In this document: one piece after another, positions 1-8,323 of the stretch | Layout: each line of letters starts with the position of its first letter | Position numbering within the stretch: the first letter of the stretch is position 1 | IMG/VR virus record: IMGVR_UViG_3300011337_000669 | Length of the DNA stretch: 64,000 nucleotides | Reading direction: 5' to 3' (one strand) | Origin: a virus | Lineage: Duplodnaviria > Caudoviricetes | The notes under the pieces: generated by a model | What the model was told of the DNA's origin: nothing | The model's input: the letters and a program-made list of their open reading frames with translations, nothing else | Database searches by the model: none | Position numbers and translations under genes: made by a program

Positions 1-5
1 CATTA

Positions 6-872
6 TTATAATTGACTTTCTGCCGTGACTTTGACGTTGGATAACATCCATCCCGCGTCACATAGTTGGTCACTGTAACAATTTCCCGTGAACCACGGAG
101 TTGATGACGGTCCTTTAGGTGAGTATCCTTCCCAATATGAAGGTGTTATCCACCATCCTTTTTCCATACTAGATTTTAATGTGGACATATCTATTGTTGT
201 ACCATCTGCTCCACCATCTGCCAATACATCATATATTACAGCACTATTTCCGTTTTGTGAAACAGATATTGTCATATTAGTATAATCAGAATTAAACACT
301 ATGGTCATGTCAAATGGTTTAGTGATATCTAATACATCTACTAAATTATGTGTACCTTTGGATGGGTTATCACTCATATTTGATGGAGTATAACAATCAT
401 CATTCAACGCCCCGCTTGTATACGAATACTCAAATCTTTGTTGATTATTTAAATGAATTGTTTGTTGGAATATTCTATTTCCGTTTGTTTCCATAAAATC
501 AATCTCATTACAATATGGAGAACCTGCATTTCCTGCATCACAATAGTTAGTTCCTTTAGGTTGAACTGAATTGTTAACCATGTAAAAAGAAGCGTTTAAC
601 CAATTGTTCTTTTGTACGCTGTTTGGTGCCAATCCTGACAAATCAATTGTTGCAGTAATTTTGGATATGTTCTTATATCCATGAGTTGACACAACCCGAC
701 CTGGATTAAATGTAACACTTGAATCTGTAATAACAGGATCGAGTGTTGGATTACACCAATCACTAACCCAATCTTCTTCAAATGTAACATCATACGTTGT
801 ATTCGTAACAGTTTTTGGTTGACATCCGAATACCAATAATACCATTAAACCAAGGATAAATAATTTTTTCAT
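6..872 (-). CDS. Secreted lipoprotein with GH7-like (clan GH-B) glycoside hydrolase motifs
   Basis: Signal peptide MKKLFILGLMVLLVFGC (lipobox Cys17). Motifs IDLSGL, LNASFYMV, GTNYCDA, CNEIDFMETN (ExDxxE), LDITKPF, SQNG, SYW and LSNVKV occur in the same order as in GH7 enzymes. Confidence 0.6.
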   Translation of the reverse strand: MKKLFILGLMVLLVFGCQPKTVTNTTYDVTFEEDWVSDWCNPTLDPVITDSSVTFNPGRVVSTHGYKNISKITATIDLSGLAPNSVQKNNWLNASFYMVNNSVQPKGTNYCDAGNAGSPYCNEIDFMETNGNRIFQQTIHLNNQQRFEYSYTSGALNDDCYTPSNMSDNPSKGTHNLVDVLDITKPFDMTIVFNSDYTNMTISVSQNGNSAVIYDVLADGGADGTTIDMSTLKSSMEKGWWITPSYWEGYSPKGPSSTPWFTGNCYSDQLCDAGWMLSNVKVTAESQL

Positions 873-884
873 AGTTGTGTTTTA

Positions 885-1223
885 TCAGAAAACTCTTAAG
901 AAATGTCCTGCGAGTGCTAACAATCCAACAATGATTGGAACGTAGGTTTTTGATCCACCCATAAGTGATAAGTGCATTACGACCGCAGCACTCATGAATG
1001 ATGCGATTAAAATTGCTCCGAACAATGATGTAGTCGGAATCAAAAGTAATACAACTCCTAATAATTCACCTAATCCTGTAACAACTCTATACTTCTCTAA
1101 CTTCATGAATGCGAAGTTCCCCACCATTTCTTGTGTTCCAACAAGTTTATCGATTGCACCTTTTCCTAAAAAGAGTGCTGTGATTACGGATAGTACCCAT
1201 CCGATAATTGATAAAATTTCCAT
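885..1223 (-). CDS. DoxX-like membrane protein
   Basis: Four hydrophobic segments; GLGELLGVVLLLIP and GAILIASFMSAAVVMHL resemble DoxX-family patterns. Confidence 0.7.
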   Translation of the reverse strand: MEILSIIGWVLSVITALFLGKGAIDKLVGTQEMVGNFAFMKLEKYRVVTGLGELLGVVLLLIPTTSLFGAILIASFMSAAVVMHLSLMGGSKTYVPIIVGLLALAGHFLRVF

Positions 1224-1257
1224 AGTTTTGTTTTTTATATTTTTTTGTTAATTTTTC

Positions 1258-1482
1258 TTATTCTTCGACATCTTCCTCCTCATCTATTTCTCCACTACAA
1301 CGGTATTCAACCTCATCTCTGTATGAAGTGACATCTTGCTGGTGTTCCACACCATCGCATTCGTCCCAAGGACAATCTTCAACTATTTGTAACGCTTCTT
1401 CTTCTGTTTCAGCCTCAACGTGAAGGGTCCACGCCTCTTCCACATATCTCTCTGCAATAATGATAAATTTCTTCTTTGCCAT
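1258..1482 (-). CDS. Small acidic hypothetical protein (paralog of next gene)
   Basis: MAKKKFIIIAER...AWT...CPWDECD; clearly homologous to 1490..1744. Confidence 0.75.
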   Translation of the reverse strand: MAKKKFIIIAERYVEEAWTLHVEAETEEEALQIVEDCPWDECDGVEHQQDVTSYRDEVEYRCSGEIDEEEDVEE

Positions 1483-1489
1483 AACTTTT

Positions 1490-1744
1490 TTATTTTTTAT
1501 ATTTTTCTTCTAATTTTTTTAATTCTTCTTCATTCAAATCTTGTTCGTCATCTAATGAATATTCAATGTCATATGAATCAGTATAAACATTTTCATCATC
1601 GTGGTGATAGATATCATCGCATTCTCCATCAGGACAATTTTCAACTAATTCTAATGCGTCATCGTAATTTTCTGCCAAAACACTATATGTCCACGCGTGG
1701 ACATATGTCCTTTCCGCAATAATTGTAAACTTTTTCTTTGCCAT
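1490..1744 (-). CDS. Small acidic hypothetical protein (paralog of previous gene)
   Basis: MAKKKFTIIAER...AWT...CPDGECD; tandem duplicate. Confidence 0.75.
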   Translation of the reverse strand: MAKKKFTIIAERTYVHAWTYSVLAENYDDALELVENCPDGECDDIYHHDDENVYTDSYDIEYSLDDEQDLNEEELKKLEEKYKK

Positions 1745-1802
1745 ATTATTATTTTTGTTTAACTGTAAGAATTTATTTCGGTATTGTCAAATAAACACAA
1801 CC

Positions 1803-1928
1803 CTATTTTCCTCTTAAGAAAAATAATACTATTGCTCCGATGATTAGGTATGTCATAAAGTTTGGGATATTGGTCAGCCCCCAAACAATGATGAATCCTA
1901 CAATTAAAACATTGATTAGTCGTAACAT
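1803..1928 (-). CDS. 41-aa membrane protein (not in ORF track)
   Basis: Hand translation MLRLINVLIVGFIIVWGLTNIPNFMTYLIIGAIVLFFLRGK*; TATATTTG promoter element upstream at 1954-1961. Confidence 0.55.
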   Translation of the reverse strand: MLRLINVLIVGFIIVWGLTNIPNFMTYLIIGAIVLFFLRGK

Positions 1929-1953
1929 GAGTTATTTTTTTTTAGGTATGCCC

Positions 1954-1961
1954 CAAATATA
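1954..1961 (-). promoter_or_regulatory. Bacteroidota-type -7 promoter element TATATTTG
   Basis: Matches TAnnTTTG; lies upstream of the small ORF starting at 1928. Confidence 0.55.
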
Positions 1962-1982
1962 AAAAAAAATATCCGAATAAAA

Positions 1983-2005
1983 AAACCTCATCGATGGTGA
2001 GGTTT
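1983..2005. terminator. Intrinsic terminator hairpin
   Basis: aaacctca-tcgatgg-tgaggttt, with an A-run on the left (U-tract for minus-strand transcription), just past the stop of 2011..2550. Confidence 0.7.
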
Positions 2006-2010
2006 ATATT

Positions 2011-2550
2011 TTATTCTTCAGGTTTGTATCTTTTAGCCGCGTATAATAAGTTATCAATCCCTGACTTATCAGGATTTGTAATTGAAATGTATTTTATTAC
2101 ATCAGGGTCATTTAGTTTCTTCAAAAAACTATTGTTTCTACTTTGAGCATAAGTAACATCAGATCTCTTCTTACCTTTAATCCTAATTATCTCCAATTGG
2201 TCAATCATCTTCTTATACAACCAATATGGAATCTTAATGTAATTGAACCCCTCCATATCTTCAACATCTCCTAATACCTCCACTTGTGATTTTGGTAAAT
2301 TAAACTTTTGAACATTGAGATTATACTCTTGAGCGTTGTCCATAAAAATTCTGTTTTCACGAGCCATCTCTTTGATGTTCATGATTTGGATGCTATCACC
2401 ATCTTCTCCTGTAATCATATAGGCCCCAACAATTGATTTATCCTCAGGAATATAAGTTGTCTTATTAAAATCATAAGACGGATTGACATCTTGTTCTGAA
2501 ATCATTCCCATCACTTCTTTGATTCTATGTATATCCTCTTGTAAGTTCAT
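2011..2550 (-). CDS. Hypothetical protein with N-terminal MNLQEDIHRIKEVMGMISEQ tag
   Basis: Start moved to the ATG at 2550, which abuts the stop of the upstream gene; carries the N-terminal tag motif. Confidence 0.75.
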   Translation of the reverse strand: MNLQEDIHRIKEVMGMISEQDVNPSYDFNKTTYIPEDKSIVGAYMITGEDGDSIQIMNIKEMARENRIFMDNAQEYNLNVQKFNLPKSQVEVLGDVEDMEGFNYIKIPYWLYKKMIDQLEIIRIKGKKRSDVTYAQSRNNSFLKKLNDPDVIKYISITNPDKSGIDNLLYAAKRYKPEE

Positions 2551-2551
2551 C

Positions 2552-2998
2552 TTATTTCTTTTTCTTGATACAGTTCGGATATTTTTTACCAAACATTGTC
2601 TTCATACCTTTTTGAGTATAACCTTTCCAACATTTCTCAGTCAACTCACCTTCCATTTGCTCTTGCTTTTGTGTGTCTTTACAACCCCTAACGTACTTTC
2701 TTTTCAGATTTGGCTGTATATCAAAATTACTATCCAATAACATAAAAATGTCATTCATAATATCCTCTTGTACTGAAGTCCCACCAAAAGCATTCGCCAT
2801 TACTTGAAACGGATCGATATCGAAAGTTACGGTAACTAAATAACTTTTGTATTCACCAGCCTCTATTACATCGATATCAACATCACATATTTCTTTTTCG
2901 TACTGACGAACAATAATCCCATCAATCAGTTTTTTAATCAATGGCACTAAATTTTTTCGAGTTTCTTCGTGTAATATTTTTCTGATTAGGTCTCTCAT
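2552..2998 (-). CDS. Hypothetical protein, MRDLIRKILHEE tag and C-terminal CWKGY...PNC module
   Basis: ORF track; TATTTAT motif at 3004-3010 upstream. Confidence 0.8.
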   Translation of the reverse strand: MRDLIRKILHEETRKNLVPLIKKLIDGIIVRQYEKEICDVDIDVIEAGEYKSYLVTVTFDIDPFQVMANAFGGTSVQEDIMNDIFMLLDSNFDIQPNLKRKYVRGCKDTQKQEQMEGELTEKCWKGYTQKGMKTMFGKKYPNCIKKKK

Positions 2999-3019
2999 TG
3001 TAAATAAATACCAGAGAAA

Positions 3020-3364
3020 TTAGAATAACTTTGACAAAAATTTGAGTTTAATACTGTCCATCTTTGTAATCCCATTACGGGTCCATAGCGCCTTATCAAT
3101 TAAACTATCATATTTATTGTAAAGGTAATGTCTTAGAAACAAAAAATCCCAATGGTCAACAACAAACCTCCTTACATTAGTTTTATTTGGTAACCTGAAA
3201 GAAAAAGATAATAATGAACTCTTTTTAAGTTTATTGAGGACTGTGAAAACTCTGAAGTTAAATGAAGAAGAATCTCCATAATACCCAATAGTAAATAAAT
3301 TAACTTTGAACCTAACTCTATGTAGTTTCCACGAAACTTTCTCTAAAAACGTATTTATATCCAT
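3020..3364 (-). CDS. Hypothetical protein
   Basis: 114-aa ORF fitting the gene packing. Confidence 0.7.
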   Translation of the reverse strand: MDINTFLEKVSWKLHRVRFKVNLFTIGYYGDSSSFNFRVFTVLNKLKKSSLLSFSFRLPNKTNVRRFVVDHWDFLFLRHYLYNKYDSLIDKALWTRNGITKMDSIKLKFLSKLF

Positions 3365-3446
3365 ATTATAAAAATAAGAAAAAGTTTTTGATTATAAAGA
3401 AAGTGAATAGATTTTTCCAATCTTATTTTTGTTTATATTTCTTAAT

Positions 3447-3710
3447 ATGACAACCATCGAAAAACATATTGTGAAATACATTGATGATAAATTTGGTTTC
3501 CCCTATCTTCATTATAACCGAGAAGAACAAACATGGGTAAATGAGTTTTTTCTATTTGATATAAAACCACAAACGATGTTTATCTCTGACATTGCACGAA
3601 ATGAACTATACAAAAGATTTGGAAAAGGTTATATTGATAATGTCCTTTTGACCGTAGTTTCTTATTGGTTCAAAAAAACATATAAACTTGAAGTAAAGGA
3701 AGTCGAATAA
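3447..3710 (+). CDS. Hypothetical protein
   Basis: ORF track, start moved to ATG at 3447 (MTTIEK). Confidence 0.7.
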   Translation: MTTIEKHIVKYIDDKFGFPYLHYNREEQTWVNEFFLFDIKPQTMFISDIARNELYKRFGKGYIDNVLLTVVSYWFKKTYKLEVKEVE

Positions 3711-3722
3711 CTATTTACCAGT

Positions 3723-4376
3723 ATGAGTTACTTAGTTGCAAATGTCCCACCCGTAGAAGTTTTTATAGATAAAAAGTTTTTATACGATTTTCAGAAAGAT
3801 GAGTCAGGAAAATATTTGGGTGATGGTGAATGGGAAAAAGGACATTGGGTCAGTGTAAAATCTATTCCAAATCGAGCCTTGTTATTTGAAACTTATGTTG
3901 ATAAATTCGGAGCAGTTTACGATAAATTACCAATACATGCATTTCGTTGGAGGGAACCACAACCGAACGATAAGGTGTTTCCTTTGGATTTCTTACAACT
4001 TTGGGATTGCCTGTCATACAACATATCTGTAATTGAGAAACGTGTCCTGAGAGGTGTTAAAACCTACACTACGATGAAGGACCAAAGTATTGTTGAAGGT
4101 GAATATTTGTTCACAATCGACACAGCTCATTCAGATCCAAATGAGATTGATTGTGGATGGAGTGAAACTCCAAACGAACACAAATGTTACAACATATCCA
4201 AATTGGAAAATGGACAGATTTGTGCTCAACCTAACAACCGAACAAGATGGTACCAACCGAGTAGGACTTCGGATATTACACAAATTCCATATTTCAGGTA
4301 TTCAACAAAAATTTGGAAGTCTGAAGACTATAGTAAATGGCGTCCCTCAGATGAAAATTGGGATTATACTCCCTAA
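3723..4376 (+). CDS. Conserved hypothetical protein of large myoviruses
   Basis: YLVANVPP...SVKSIPNRALLFETY...AVYDKLPIHAF resembles a family I recall from T4-like environmental phages; function unknown. Confidence 0.7.
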   Translation: MSYLVANVPPVEVFIDKKFLYDFQKDESGKYLGDGEWEKGHWVSVKSIPNRALLFETYVDKFGAVYDKLPIHAFRWREPQPNDKVFPLDFLQLWDCLSYNISVIEKRVLRGVKTYTTMKDQSIVEGEYLFTIDTAHSDPNEIDCGWSETPNEHKCYNISKLENGQICAQPNNRTRWYQPSRTSDITQIPYFRYSTKIWKSEDYSKWRPSDENWDYTP

Positions 4377-4379
4377 AAA

Positions 4380-5183
4380 TTATATCTCACCAATCAATAC
4401 AACTGGAGTCATTCCTATTGCCGCCGCTGTTGATAGTCTTGTATTACCCGCAACCAAGTAATATCTATTACCAAACTTAAGTATCATCGGTCTATGATAA
4501 TCTCCTCCTAATAGTGCTTTGGCTAATTTAGTTGGATTGGTTTTGTTGAATTCTTTAGCAATTTTTCTTACCTTATCCATTTCTCCCACCTTGATTTCGT
4601 TGGAATGCGTGTTTTCCAATTTTCTCCACACATCAAAAGGAATTTCAATTTCAACACCGTTTCTGAAAGCCTTTACAATATCTTCAACTGATGTATTAAC
4701 CCCATAATTCCTCGATAAATCCTCCACCGTTCTTTCGATTTCTTCTATTTCATCATCGATTGAATCCTTTTTTTTCCCTTTCTTACCTTCGTAAAGTCTA
4801 TCTTTGAAATCGGGATTTTGTTTGTCAAACTTCTTAATAAAAATACCTGAGAGAACGTTACTCATGTTCTCCTCAGGTCCCCCTATGTCTTGTATTTTTT
4901 TCTTGTCGTCCAATCCCATCTCTTGATATTGATATTCATGAACCCATTCATGAGATATGGTTCTCAAGATGTCAATTAACATTCTACCTTTAGCCAAGAT
5001 ATACATTTTACTTCCTGGCATTCTAACACCTGTAGTAACTGTGGTAGATCTATCACTTGTGAGATTTACCTCTACATCTGACGATAGCGGAAGTTGGCTT
5101 TGTAGAAACTTGATAAATGAAGAAATAACTTCGAGTTGTTCCTGATTAACTTGTGACTTTGGACTTTTGATACAAACTTTCAT
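4380..5183 (-). CDS. Fusion of HExxH metallopeptidase-like domain and ParB/Srx-like domain
   Basis: ISHEWVHEYQ in the N-half; RPMIL...YYLVAGNTRL in the C-half; TATTTATA at 5188-5195. Confidence 0.6.
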   Translation of the reverse strand: MKVCIKSPKSQVNQEQLEVISSFIKFLQSQLPLSSDVEVNLTSDRSTTVTTGVRMPGSKMYILAKGRMLIDILRTISHEWVHEYQYQEMGLDDKKKIQDIGGPEENMSNVLSGIFIKKFDKQNPDFKDRLYEGKKGKKKDSIDDEIEEIERTVEDLSRNYGVNTSVEDIVKAFRNGVEIEIPFDVWRKLENTHSNEIKVGEMDKVRKIAKEFNKTNPTKLAKALLGGDYHRPMILKFGNRYYLVAGNTRLSTAAAIGMTPVVLIGEI

Positions 5184-5238
5184 CAGGTATAAATATTATA
5201 AAATATCGATATTTTCTAAGTAACTTACTCGATATTTG

Positions 5239-5373
5239 TTAAGAGTTGACTTCTTGTCTTCTTCGGTCTGTCTTTTTACATACGTTAGATACAATTTTGA
5301 CTAATTCTCCCATTGGATTGTTAGCTAAAAAAAATCTCATTCTAGTGTCCGATTCTAATCTTCTTTGTTTCAT
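5239..5373 (-). CDS. 44-aa hypothetical protein (not in ORF track)
   Basis: Hand translation MKQRRLESDTRMRFFLANNPMGELVKIVSNVCKKTDRRRQEVNS*; fills an intergenic gap. Confidence 0.35.
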   Translation of the reverse strand: MKQRRLESDTRMRFFLANNPMGELVKIVSNVCKKTDRRRQEVNS

Positions 5374-5424
5374 ATTGTTTCGTTTATTTTGTTATAAAAA
5401 TAAATAGTCGTAATTAACCAAATA

Positions 5425-5679
5425 TTATTTGGTGTGTCCCAATTTGTCAATTGCTTTGACGCATTTTTTAATCGCTTCGAACTGTCCATACGATAAATGT
5501 ATTTGGCGTTCCCCTTCGGAATCGTAAATATGAATATCATATCCTTCACAATTTGACCACTCAGTAACCTCGAGGAAATGACCTTCTTTTTCTTTGTCCT
5601 TTCCCATTGACCCGACACAATAATCTTTAAGTTCTACAAATGTAGATTTTCTGTTTGTAACTTCGATTTCTTTTTTCAT
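5425..5679 (-). CDS. Hypothetical protein
   Basis: 84-aa ORF coupled to the upstream gene by a 4-nt overlap. Confidence 0.75.
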   Translation of the reverse strand: MKKEIEVTNRKSTFVELKDYCVGSMGKDKEKEGHFLEVTEWSNCEGYDIHIYDSEGERQIHLSYGQFEAIKKCVKAIDKLGHTK

Positions 5680-6044
5680 CTTTGGTTGTTATCATAAGAT
5701 TTTACAGATGGTAACCCACTATACTCACAAAACAATTCTTCTCTCTCTTTTTCCAACTTCTCTTTTACTTCATTAGAAAAATACATACCATCCGATTCCA
5801 TATCAGCAATAGTTCTATCGAGAGTTTTGATTAATTTAACCTTGTCTTCTTTCGTATGTTTAGTATCGTCAAACAATCGTTCCATCATATCATACACTGC
5901 GTCTCTACCAAACTTTTTCCGAATTGGAGTGTATGTGTATTCTTCTTTTTCCATTTTAGAGAATTCTCTAAAGCAGCCTACAATAAAGATTAAAAATCCA
6001 GTTGCTACAAATGCAGATAAGATTATTACATCAAGATTTTCCAT
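5676..6044 (-). CDS. Membrane-anchored hypothetical protein
   Basis: N-terminal TM segment, then a helical domain ending CEYSGLPS. Confidence 0.75.
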   Translation of the reverse strand: MENLDVIILSAFVATGFLIFIVGCFREFSKMEKEEYTYTPIRKKFGRDAVYDMMERLFDDTKHTKEDKVKLIKTLDRTIADMESDGMYFSNEVKEKLEKEREELFCEYSGLPSVKSYDNNQR

Positions 6045-6216
6045 TTCTACCCTTGAGATTAAAGATTATTACAAAAAGCAAAATGGTAGGACACCACAAT
6101 CCAATGAAGATTGCCTTGAGAGGGTCGTCCAAAACTACGAAATAATATTCCGACACAGCAATCAGACTCAATACAATCACCAGGAGCGCTAACTCCGATT
6201 TTTTAAATTTATTCAT
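6031..6216 (-). CDS. Small two-TM membrane protein
   Basis: Two hydrophobic helices; AIFIGLWCPTIL. Confidence 0.7.
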   Translation of the reverse strand: MNKFKKSELALLVIVLSLIAVSEYYFVVLDDPLKAIFIGLWCPTILLFVIIFNLKGRNGKS

Positions 6217-6238
6217 GTTCCCTTTTTTTAGTTGATTA

Positions 6239-6246
6239 CAAAGGTA
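6239..6246 (-). promoter_or_regulatory. Bacteroidota-type -7 element TACCTTTG
   Basis: TAnnTTTG match upstream of the 6216 operon. Confidence 0.6.
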
Positions 6247-6284
6247 AATGAAATAAACGAGTTAAAAAAGTTTTGATATAAAAT

Positions 6285-6680
6285 TTATTCCCAAGTTCCT
6301 TCAGAGATGATTGTTGGTTTCTCGTTCCTGTCAATCATTGCCCATTCCGCTTTAACTAATCCAAACGGTTTAAAACATTCCATGACCTGTTCCAAAGCGA
6401 AACACTTACAACTATAGATGTCAAACTGTATCATTGGTAATTCCAAATTATCCCAACAATGAAGACTACAATGTGATGTTGCTAGTGTTACCGTACCTGT
6501 CAACCCTTCATTACCTGGATCCGATACATATACACTTGTTGGACCAGCAACAACCTTCATCCCCACCGTTTCAACCAAGTTTATAAACCATTTGTTTAAT
6601 ACCTCCTCTTCTTTGGGAGGATTAGTTACCCAACATTTAACCAATAAATGTTGGTGATAGGGATTGAATTTTTCCATCAA
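6285..6680 (-). CDS. speD: S-adenosylmethionine decarboxylase-like proenzyme (pyruvoyl-dependent)
   Basis: GLTGTVTLATSHCSLHCW (self-cleavage SH motif) and QFDIYSCK match the AdoMetDC class 1b pattern. Confidence 0.8.
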   Translation of the reverse strand: MMEKFNPYHQHLLVKCWVTNPPKEEEVLNKWFINLVETVGMKVVAGPTSVYVSDPGNEGLTGTVTLATSHCSLHCWDNLELPMIQFDIYSCKCFALEQVMECFKPFGLVKAEWAMIDRNEKPTIISEGTWE

Positions 6681-6793
6681 TATTATATGTAATTTTTTTA
6701 CATATATATCAGGATTTTGGAAAAAATTAATTAATCACAATTATCAAGATGAAAACAAGTTTGTCCCGTGCCTTCAATTTTTCATTATTGAGA

Positions 6794-6801
6794 TATTTAT
6801 A
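6794..6801 (+). promoter_or_regulatory. Phage TATTTATA promoter-like motif
   Basis: gaTATTTATA 6 nt before the ATG at 6808; the same motif recurs before at least 15 genes. Confidence 0.6.
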
Positions 6802-6807
6802 TAATAA

Positions 6808-7593
6808 ATGAGTAATATGTCCAAAAAATTATGTATAAAGTGTAATATTGAAAAGAATTTTTGTGAATTTCATAAATCAGTAAAATCTAAAGATGGGTTG
6901 GTGACTTATTGTAAAGAATGTAGAAAATTAATCAGTGCTGACTATAATAAAAAATATTCTGATAAGATCTCAATAAAAAGAAAAAAATATAAAGAAGAAA
7001 ATCCCGAAAAAATTAAAAATATTAACAAAATATCAGGGAAAAAATATAAAGAAAATAATAAGGATAAACTAAAACTTCAAAGTAAATTGTATAGAGAAAA
7101 AAATAAAGACAAAATAAAAGAACGGCACAAATTATATAAAGAAAAAAATAAAGACAAAATAAAAGAATATAATTCAAAAAATGCTGAATACATTAAAAAT
7201 TACAAAAAAAATCACTATCAAAAAAATAAAGTAATAATAAATGAAAAAATGAATGAAAAATACCATTCTGATTCAACATTCAAATTAATATGTTTAATTA
7301 GAGGAAGAATAAATAAGTTCTTAAAAATAAAAAATGTAGGAAAAAATAATTCAACATTTAATATGATTGGATGTTCTCCTTTAGAATTAAAAAATCATTT
7401 AGAAATTTTATTTACTGAAGGAATGTCTTGGGAAAATCATGATTTATATGGATGGCATATTGACCACATAATTCCTTTATCTTCAGCTAAAACCGAGGAA
7501 GAAATATATCAACTTTGTCATTATACAAATCTTCAGCCACTTTGGGCTGAAGATAATTTGAAAAAGGGTGATAAGTTAGATTATTTCTTATAA
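6808..7593 (+). CDS. HNH-type free-standing endonuclease (paralog 1 of 3)
   Basis: N-terminal CxxC Zn module, Lys/Glu/Tyr-rich middle, C-terminal WHIDHIIPLSS...HYTNLQPLWAEDNLKKG. Confidence 0.85.
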   Translation: MSNMSKKLCIKCNIEKNFCEFHKSVKSKDGLVTYCKECRKLISADYNKKYSDKISIKRKKYKEENPEKIKNINKISGKKYKENNKDKLKLQSKLYREKNKDKIKERHKLYKEKNKDKIKEYNSKNAEYIKNYKKNHYQKNKVIINEKMNEKYHSDSTFKLICLIRGRINKFLKIKNVGKNNSTFNMIGCSPLELKNHLEILFTEGMSWENHDLYGWHIDHIIPLSSAKTEEEIYQLCHYTNLQPLWAEDNLKKGDKLDYFL

Positions 7594-7892
7594 CAATCTT
7601 CACATAATTGTCCAGACCCTTCCACATAAAAAAACCTCATATCAATATGTGTAGAACGTAAGTATGAAGTCTTCTTACCACACACAACACAAGTATCATA
7701 GTCATCAGGACGATTTATAGCGGTCACCAGTCCATCTTCGTTGATAGTTAGACCAACATGTTCATCATCAATTTGAGGACCTTCTAAGTCCCTCTTTGCT
7801 TGCCAAAATCTATCATGGACTTTCTTACCCATATCATAGTAATTTGATGTAGATAAAATCTCTTCTTCAGTAAATGTAACTTTGATTGACAT
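7581..7892 (-). CDS. Hypothetical protein with C-terminal Zn-ribbon
   Basis: CVVCG...YVEGSGQLCEDC. Confidence 0.75.
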   Translation of the reverse strand: MSIKVTFTEEEILSTSNYYDMGKKVHDRFWQAKRDLEGPQIDDEHVGLTINEDGLVTAINRPDDYDTCVVCGKKTSYLRSTHIDMRFFYVEGSGQLCEDCYKK

Positions 7893-7954
7893 AATATGTT
7901 TTTTATATTCAAAACATAATTAGACAAAAAGAAAAAATAAATGTATTTATCAAT

Positions 7955-8320
7955 ATGATTGACACAAAAAAACTATCAGAGAAATTAAAATATTTAATGG
8001 AACAAGAATCAAATCGACAATTCGAAATATTTGATTTGGATGTGGATTTTTATGACGGAAACAGTGGATATCAATTATTCATTAAGTTTGACTACTTTGG
8101 GGTAATCGATTCTCAGATGCCAGGCTTTGCCACGGATATATCTAAAATGATAGGAAAAATAGAAAAAATTGTATCCAAAGTTACAATCACACCTGAAAAA
8201 AAATTATCTTTGTCTCAGGAAGTTGAGGTCGAATCTTTTATCGATCAAATTGATTATAAGATTGAAGATAGACATATTTTTACTCTTTCTTTTTTAGTTC
8301 ACTATCTTGATAATAATTAA
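7955..8320 (+). CDS. Hypothetical protein
   Basis: ORF track; TATTTAT at 7944-7950; N-terminal LSEKLKYLMEQ. Confidence 0.75.
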   Translation: MIDTKKLSEKLKYLMEQESNRQFEIFDLDVDFYDGNSGYQLFIKFDYFGVIDSQMPGFATDISKMIGKIEKIVSKVTITPEKKLSLSQEVEVESFIDQIDYKIEDRHIFTLSFLVHYLDNN

Positions 8321-8323
8321 TAT

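Noticed and set aside
5200-5290. Alternative frame VKRQTEEDKKSTLNKYRVSYLENIDIL suggesting stop readthrough or frameshift
   Set aside because: The upstream part of that frame has several TAG/TGA stops and no start; it cannot be distinguished from chance without homologs.
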